This document shows, piece by piece, positions 58,675-64,000 of a stretch of DNA of 64,000 nucleotides (positions are counted from its first letter, which is position 1; the number at the start of each line of letters is the position of its first letter). The position numbers and the translations under genes were made by a program. Source of the stretch: Candidatus Poribacteria bacterium (GTDB lineage Bacteria > Poribacteria > WGA-4E > WGA-3G); contig OZ242029.1 in assembly GCA_965205015.1 (NCBI GenBank), positions 4,384,001 to 4,448,000 on the forward strand, read 5' to 3'. Under the pieces are notes generated by a model that saw only the letters and a program-made list of their open reading frames with translations, was not told where the DNA came from and did no database searches.

Positions 58675-59487
58675 CTATTGGGAAGCCTGCTTAACCTGAC
58701 CCCATGTGGTCGTGAGGTGCCCCAATGGCGACACTGGGAGAAATTCCTCCATATTATTCATGACCGTCTCGATATCGTCTTCATCCAGCTCGCCTTTGAA
58801 AACGGCGACCTCGTCAATGACGCCGTTGAAAAATGAACCGCCTCTGTGATCACCCATGCTGACGCCGATTGCAAAGCCATTCTCGTGATCAATGCTACCT
58901 TTGACGGAGCTATGGTCAATCGGGTTTCCCTGCTGTTCTCCATCGACGTAGACATATCGCTCACCCTTTGTTCTGCTAAAAACCACCGCAAGATGATGCC
59001 ATTTCCCGTCGTCAAGACCTGCGCCTCTGTTGTCACAAACTGTGACAGGTTCAGTCTGCAGTCAGGTCCTGATCTGTCCGCCGCCGCTGAACTTGACTTC
59101 AAACCCAGTCCAGTCTCCAGCCAGCCGTGTTTTACTCATTACGAAACCCGTGCCCGTATCCGTTTTAAACCAAGCGGTAACAGTAAAGTCGGTCTTATCG
59201 CCGAGTTCAAACGCCTTCAGTTTGTCAGCACTTTCCGTCTCGACCGAGGTCCCGCTGCCATCAAATTCCAGAGCACTGCCGAACTTACCTTCAACCCATT
59301 TCGGTCCAGCTATGAGCTCGCCGTCATTGCCATTGGGTGAGGAATCTTTAGCGACATTTCCTTTACCTTCGTCAAAGAGCCACACCCCGATTGCGTCATC
59401 TATGCTCACTTCAGCTGCGCTGAATAACGGAAACGCAGAAGCCAGACCTACGTAAACCATGACATTTATCACCAATACCCGTATCAT
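58675..59487 (-). CDS. secreted LamG-like protein with one in-frame TGA (59062-59064): selenoprotein candidate or pseudogene
   Basis: ORFs 59062..59487 and 58675..58986 are the same frame; read-through gives ...QIRT*LQTEPVTVCDNRGAGLDDGKWHHLAVVFSR...FFNGVIDEVAVF...VSPLGHLTTTWGQVK; AAGGAGG RBS. Confidence 0.8.
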
Positions 59488-59541
59488 TGAGAGTTCCTCC
59501 TTACTTTCTGAGATAGAATAGAAAATGGAAAAACCGTCCGC

Positions 59542-59745
59542 TTACGGCTTAATCTTACCTTATAGTAATGGCAAGATTACCATACAGTTTGACAACCGTA
59601 ATGAAAACTGCCAGCCCCTGCATCAGGGTTCTCATATCAGCATCGGATAGAGCGATGTTGCAGAGGGCGACCGCATTGATGACTCTGTTGAAAAACGATC
59701 CTGCTCTGCGATCCCCCAGACTCACGCCACCGTTTCCACGTTGGT
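59542..59745 (-). pseudogene. decayed 3' remnant of a paralogous LamG gene
   Basis: Translates GVSLGDRRAGSFFNRVINAVALCNIALSDADMRTLM...GNLAIT, matching GVSMGDHRGGSFFNGVIDEVAVF...GHLTTT of the downstream gene. Confidence 0.65.
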
Positions 59746-59764
59746 TTCCAAACTGTATTATCTC

Positions 59765-59793
59765 ATTATACCGAACTCGATATATAATGTCAA
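59765..59793 (-). promoter_or_regulatory. perfect-consensus sigma70 promoter
   Basis: TTGACA-ttatatatcgagttcgg(17)-TATAAT pointing toward the LamG gene. Confidence 0.75.
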
Positions 59794-60130
59794 GTTAACG
59801 CCTCGATTTCGCCCAAATAAGTTAGTTGTCGATTGCAAAGATAACAGGAGTTGACCCAGCAACACTTCATCTTGCATCATCGGCTTTTGCATTAACCTTC
59901 TCCTCCGTTATCATCAAATTAAATTTCTCGTGTAGATTATAAACACCGCGTTCTGCAGGAAACCGAGAACCAAATAGTCCCAATTAGAAAAATTGACATC
60001 CATTGTCATTTCGCTTACAATAGTTTTCAAAGAATTCATAGAACGTTCTTCTAACCCAATTTGGACAGCTGATGTTCCAGCGTACTTAAAAACTGCCATC
60101 CATAAACGTCTACGTATTTAGGGAAAAGTG

Positions 60131-61624
60131 ATGGAATCGACCGGAGCGCATTTCAAACGGTTTATCTTTATCTTGATCGATGGGGCACCCTACGAAATCT
60201 TTAAAACGTTGATTGAGAATGGGGATCTTCCAAACATCAAGAAACATGTGGTGGATCGCGGCAGCTTGAACAAAGCCATCTCTGCCTTTCCATCAACGAC
60301 GGGACCTGCCTTTATTCCATTTTTGATGGGGTTGTATCCCGGCACAGCAAATGTTCCGGGCATTCGATGGCTCTCCAAATCCAATCTCCATATCCCTCAC
60401 CGTTTCAAACGTCCCGGCATCTGCAGTTATATGGGGTTTGATGGTTTGCATTTTGAAGCCGATTTGCCCCTAAGTTCTCCCACACTTTTTGATTTTTTTT
60501 CACCCGTCAGCAATATTTATAATCTGCTCGCCCGCGGGTGTCCGCCCTCCAAAAACCTGACGCGCTGGATCAAACCCTTTGCATATACGTACGCACATTT
60601 TTCTCATCGCTGGCGATTCGTTAATCAGATTGCAGTCCGTCACTTACACAATGCCGTTGAAGCAGGGAACAAGTTTGTGATGTGTCTTTTCCCCGCAGTC
60701 GATACCTTTTCACATCTCACAGAGATACAATCCCCACAGGTACTTCAGACGTACCGAGAGATAGACACCGCGGTTGGAAACCTGGTCTATACTTTGCAAA
60801 AGATGAACACTCTCCAAGAAACGCTGATTCTGATTACCAGCGACCATGGAATGACCGACACACATACGCATATTGATATCCCGCAGCATTTAGACGATGG
60901 CGGCTGGCGATGTTTGCATTATCCAAAAGTCTGGCGGCAAGATGCTGTATCTGCCAGCATGGTATCAGGTAATGGGATGACACATCTCTATTTTAAAAAT
61001 AACTCGGATGGAAAGGGATGGGGCGAACGAACACCTTTCGAGGAACTCCACAAAATGGGTGTCATTGGTTCCTTGATTGAACTGCGAGGATTGGGGCTCG
61101 TTGCAGGACAAAGCGAAACTGGAGACATCATCGTCCAGAACCGAAGTGGACAAGGAAGAATCTCCTGTCACTCAGAGTACACAGGCGACGGAGAGCTACA
61201 AAACGTAACGACGACTTTCAAATGCGCAGACGCATTGCGCTTCTCCTACCGGTTTACTGGGAAAGATCCACTCGGTTACGGTGTGTCTTATGAGAATCTA
61301 TCCTCACGGGAAGCACTCCGTGAGACCTACAACAGTCCATATCCAGATGGCATCGTTCAATTGTGGCAGATTTTCAACAGTGAGCGGACGGGTGATCTCG
61401 TCCTAAGCGCTGAGAGCGGTTATGACCTACGCGCTCGCTATGAAATACCAAAGCATCACGCGACCCACGGTGCCTTGATTGCGGAGCATCTGTGTATCCC
61501 GCTTGCGACGAGTTATCCAATCGCAGAACAGTACATCCGGTCCGTTGATGTCTTCCCAACAGTGCTGAGTCTATGTGGACATAACGTTGCGGTGCGTCAC
61601 ATTGATGGTAGGGTTGTTAAGTAG
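60131..61624 (+). CDS. alkaline phosphatase superfamily / nucleotide pyrophosphatase-phosphodiesterase
   Basis: ILIDG, FPSTTGPA, VDTFSH, ITSDHGM, THGAL. Confidence 0.85.
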   Translation: MESTGAHFKRFIFILIDGAPYEIFKTLIENGDLPNIKKHVVDRGSLNKAISAFPSTTGPAFIPFLMGLYPGTANVPGIRWLSKSNLHIPHRFKRPGICSYMGFDGLHFEADLPLSSPTLFDFFSPVSNIYNLLARGCPPSKNLTRWIKPFAYTYAHFSHRWRFVNQIAVRHLHNAVEAGNKFVMCLFPAVDTFSHLTEIQSPQVLQTYREIDTAVGNLVYTLQKMNTLQETLILITSDHGMTDTHTHIDIPQHLDDGGWRCLHYPKVWRQDAVSASMVSGNGMTHLYFKNNSDGKGWGERTPFEELHKMGVIGSLIELRGLGLVAGQSETGDIIVQNRSGQGRISCHSEYTGDGELQNVTTTFKCADALRFSYRFTGKDPLGYGVSYENLSSREALRETYNSPYPDGIVQLWQIFNSERTGDLVLSAESGYDLRARYEIPKHHATHGALIAEHLCIPLATSYPIAEQYIRSVDVFPTVLSLCGHNVAVRHIDGRVVK

Positions 61625-62008
61625 ACCCGAATCTCACCACGCATTGACAAACCACCCCTCTTCTGTAGGAGCGAGTTGTGCGCGCGACACCTCCTAACAG
61701 CTAAACATCCCTGTCCCTGTGTAAGTATCCCACACATTTTCATTTTTCTGTTACCATATTGCATGTTGATATAACACCAGAGCAGAATCTGGAAATACAT
61801 TAAGTTAAATTGGGTTAGTCTTTTTTTGTTTCATAGGTAAAATTCTCAACCTCATCCACTACTATTTCTCTGTTTTATGCCCAACCATCCAACAGATATT
61901 TTTGCATAAGAATTCCACTTTTTTCCAAAATTGTGTTCGCTTTTATCCCGAAGTCGCGTCACTATATACCAAATACTACACGAAGCACTTTCCTTTTCGA
62001 GGTTTTTG

Positions 62009-63590
62009 ATGAAAAAAGATTATACCGAACTGATCCAACGCACCCTTGAAGGCGATAATGATGCTTTTGCCTGCTTGGTTAGAAAGTACCAGAAGAGGGT
62101 TCACGCGCTCGCATGGCGGAAAATAGGAGACTTCCACATTGCTGAAGATATTACACAAGAAACGTTCCTACAAATCTATCGGAAATTGCCGACCTTGAAA
62201 GATCCGTGTCGGTTTCCGGGGTGGCTTTATGTTATCACCAATCGTCGCTGCCTCGCGTGGCTCCGCAAGAAACGGATTCAAACGCAACGCTTGGAGGAGA
62301 TAGATACAGCAATGTCAGAGAAGACATCCTATTCCAGACATATCGCTACAGAGCAGGCGAAAAATGCAGCGGAAGCACAACGCGAACTTGTTAAAAACTT
62401 ATTGGCGAAGTTGAAGGAAAGCGATCGGACCGTCATAACTCTCTACTATTTGAGCGGGATGACTTATGCAGAGATAGGTGAGTTTTTAGGTGTGTCAGCG
62501 GATACCGTTCGAATGCGGGTCCGCCGTGCGCTGCAACGCTTAAAGAAGCATGCCCCGCTGATTCGAGAAGCACTCGGTAGTTTCCAACTGTCTCCCAATT
62601 TAACTGAGAATATCATGCGTGAAATTCCGCGTATCAAACCCCTACCTCCTACTGGAGGAAAGCCACCGGTTGTACCGTGGGCAATTGCCACCTCGATCGC
62701 CATTTGTATTGTAATAATGCTCGGAGCCAGCAACCAATACCTAATGCGTTTCCAACAGCCCTACAGTTTTGATGCCACATCCGAAATAACGGTGGAGCTT
62801 ATTGATAGCCCCTTTATTCTTGATCTCTCACCAAAACCAGATGTGCGAAATCAGTTTGGAAATTCCGGTATACTTGGTCAGCATGATAGTACTGGTAAGA
62901 AACTTGAAGATATTCTTGAATCACACTTCAATGCTATGGGTGGTCTAACACGGCTATCCAAGATTCGGAGTTTAAAACGTTCCGGTCCCGCACAACTAAC
63001 GCAATTGAGCGGGCGACCTACAAAGTTCCTAGGTATGGTCGAAATAGCAACAGTGATTGGAAAAAAGTCTTATCTCAAACTCGACTTCGGGAAGTTCTTC
63101 AATGAGACGACTGTTCTGGAACGGCATAGAAGGTTGGAAATCCATTTTGAAATCCACTGTATACGATGACACAAGAGAATTGTCAGCAATGGAACTTGAG
63201 ATTGCTAAACAGAGAGCCTATATCACACCGTTTCAGCGAAGTTACGAACAACACGGCGGCAGTGCGTTTAAACAACGCGAAGACGAGACGTTCCAAGACA
63301 AGGAATGCTTCGTGATTCAGATCATTGGGGTAAAAGGTGTAGAGAACATTTTCTATTACATCGACAAAAAATCCAACCTACTTATTGGAATTAAAGCCCC
63401 GAACACTGATTCTACCTTTAACAGTGATACTGTGATTATTCATTTAGGTAATTACGCTAAATATAATGGTGTAATGTTCCCCAATTTCCGGCAAGTGTCT
63501 ATCGGGAACAATGAATTAAATGCCAATTACACTTTTACAGAGACAGAAATTAATGTTACGTTGGATGAGACGATTTTTGAGAAGCCATAA
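62009..63590 (+). pseudogene. ECF sigma factor fused to TM helix and extracytoplasmic domain, frameshifted near 63115
   Basis: Sigma regions 2/4 (AEDITQETFL...GMTYAEIGEFLG), TM PWAIATSIAICIVIMLG; domain continues ETTV / WNGIEGW in ORF 63057..63590 after one extra base. Confidence 0.7.
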
Positions 63591-63895
63591 CAGTGGCATA
63601 AGCATTGTAGAATAAAAATTTGAGTTCTGTTACGAGAACGCCGTAAGAGGTATCTTTCACTGGCGAGGTTGGCAAGAACCCTCACGCTGTGCTTTTTAAC
63701 CTCGCCACCTACCTTCTTTTTCATCCTCGATCCCAACTCACTGTCCAGAATTATGCACCTATTCACCCGTAATTCGCGTCATTATATAGTGTGGTGTGGA
63801 TGGATAGGCGTTCTTCGCGCTTTATAAGCGTCCGCACCCGCAAAACGTGTAAGTTATTAAGCTGCTAATACAAACAGCCTTTCTGGAGATGTCTG

Positions 63896-64000
63896 ATGAA
63901 AAGTGATGATGTTGAATTGATCCAACGTATCCTTGCTGGCGATGAGACTGCCTTTGCAAACTTAATCAGAAAATATGAACGGCAAATCCATGCGTACGCC
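63896..64000 (+). CDS. second ECF sigma factor, 5' part only
   Basis: MKSDDVELIQRILAGDETAFANLIRKYERQIHAYA, paralogous to the N-terminus at 62009; GGAG RBS. Confidence 0.8.
   Translation, partial: MKSDDVELIQRILAGDETAFANLIRKYERQIHAYA

Noticed and set aside
58675-59487. Frameshifted LamG pseudogene
   Set aside because: Both parts are in the same frame; the only lesion is one TGA.
63594-63609. Sixth sigma54 box TGGCATAAGCATTGT
   Set aside because: Lacks the invariant -12 GC and sits right at a stop codon.

Overview
Bacterial chromosomal window, about 48-50% GC by eye. It is most consistent with Candidatus Poribacteria (inference from the recurrent C-terminal 'V.P.GKL.TTWG.IK' tag, WD40/LamG/BNR secreted proteins, FlgD/T9SS-like C-terminal domains and ECF sigma factors with long extensions). 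1-9.3 kb is a minus-strand carotenoid operon (idi, hypothetical, crtYcd, crtD, crtI, crtB, acyltransferase, glycosyltransferase, cruF, and crtW, which the ORF track missed). It is divergent from a CarH/LitR-type B12-binding MerR regulator, and both promoters carry 11-bp-phased TnnACA operators. The rest encodes secreted or membrane proteins (beta-propellers, two paralogous acidic-loop putative beta-barrels, glycoside hydrolase-like proteins), assorted enzymes and two ECF sigma factors. Best leads: (1) a LamG gene with one in-frame TGA followed by a bacterial SECIS-like hairpin (candidate selenoprotein); (2) five sigma54 promoters, three sharing a palindromic enhancer at a fixed distance and two followed by the same structured pseudoknot/switch leader RNA containing an anti-SD; (3) a C-terminal sorting-like tag found alone or directly before the FlgD-like CTD; (4) palindromic repeats and a MITE absorbed in frame into protein-coding genes. 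No rRNA, tRNA, CRISPR array or intact transposase was seen.
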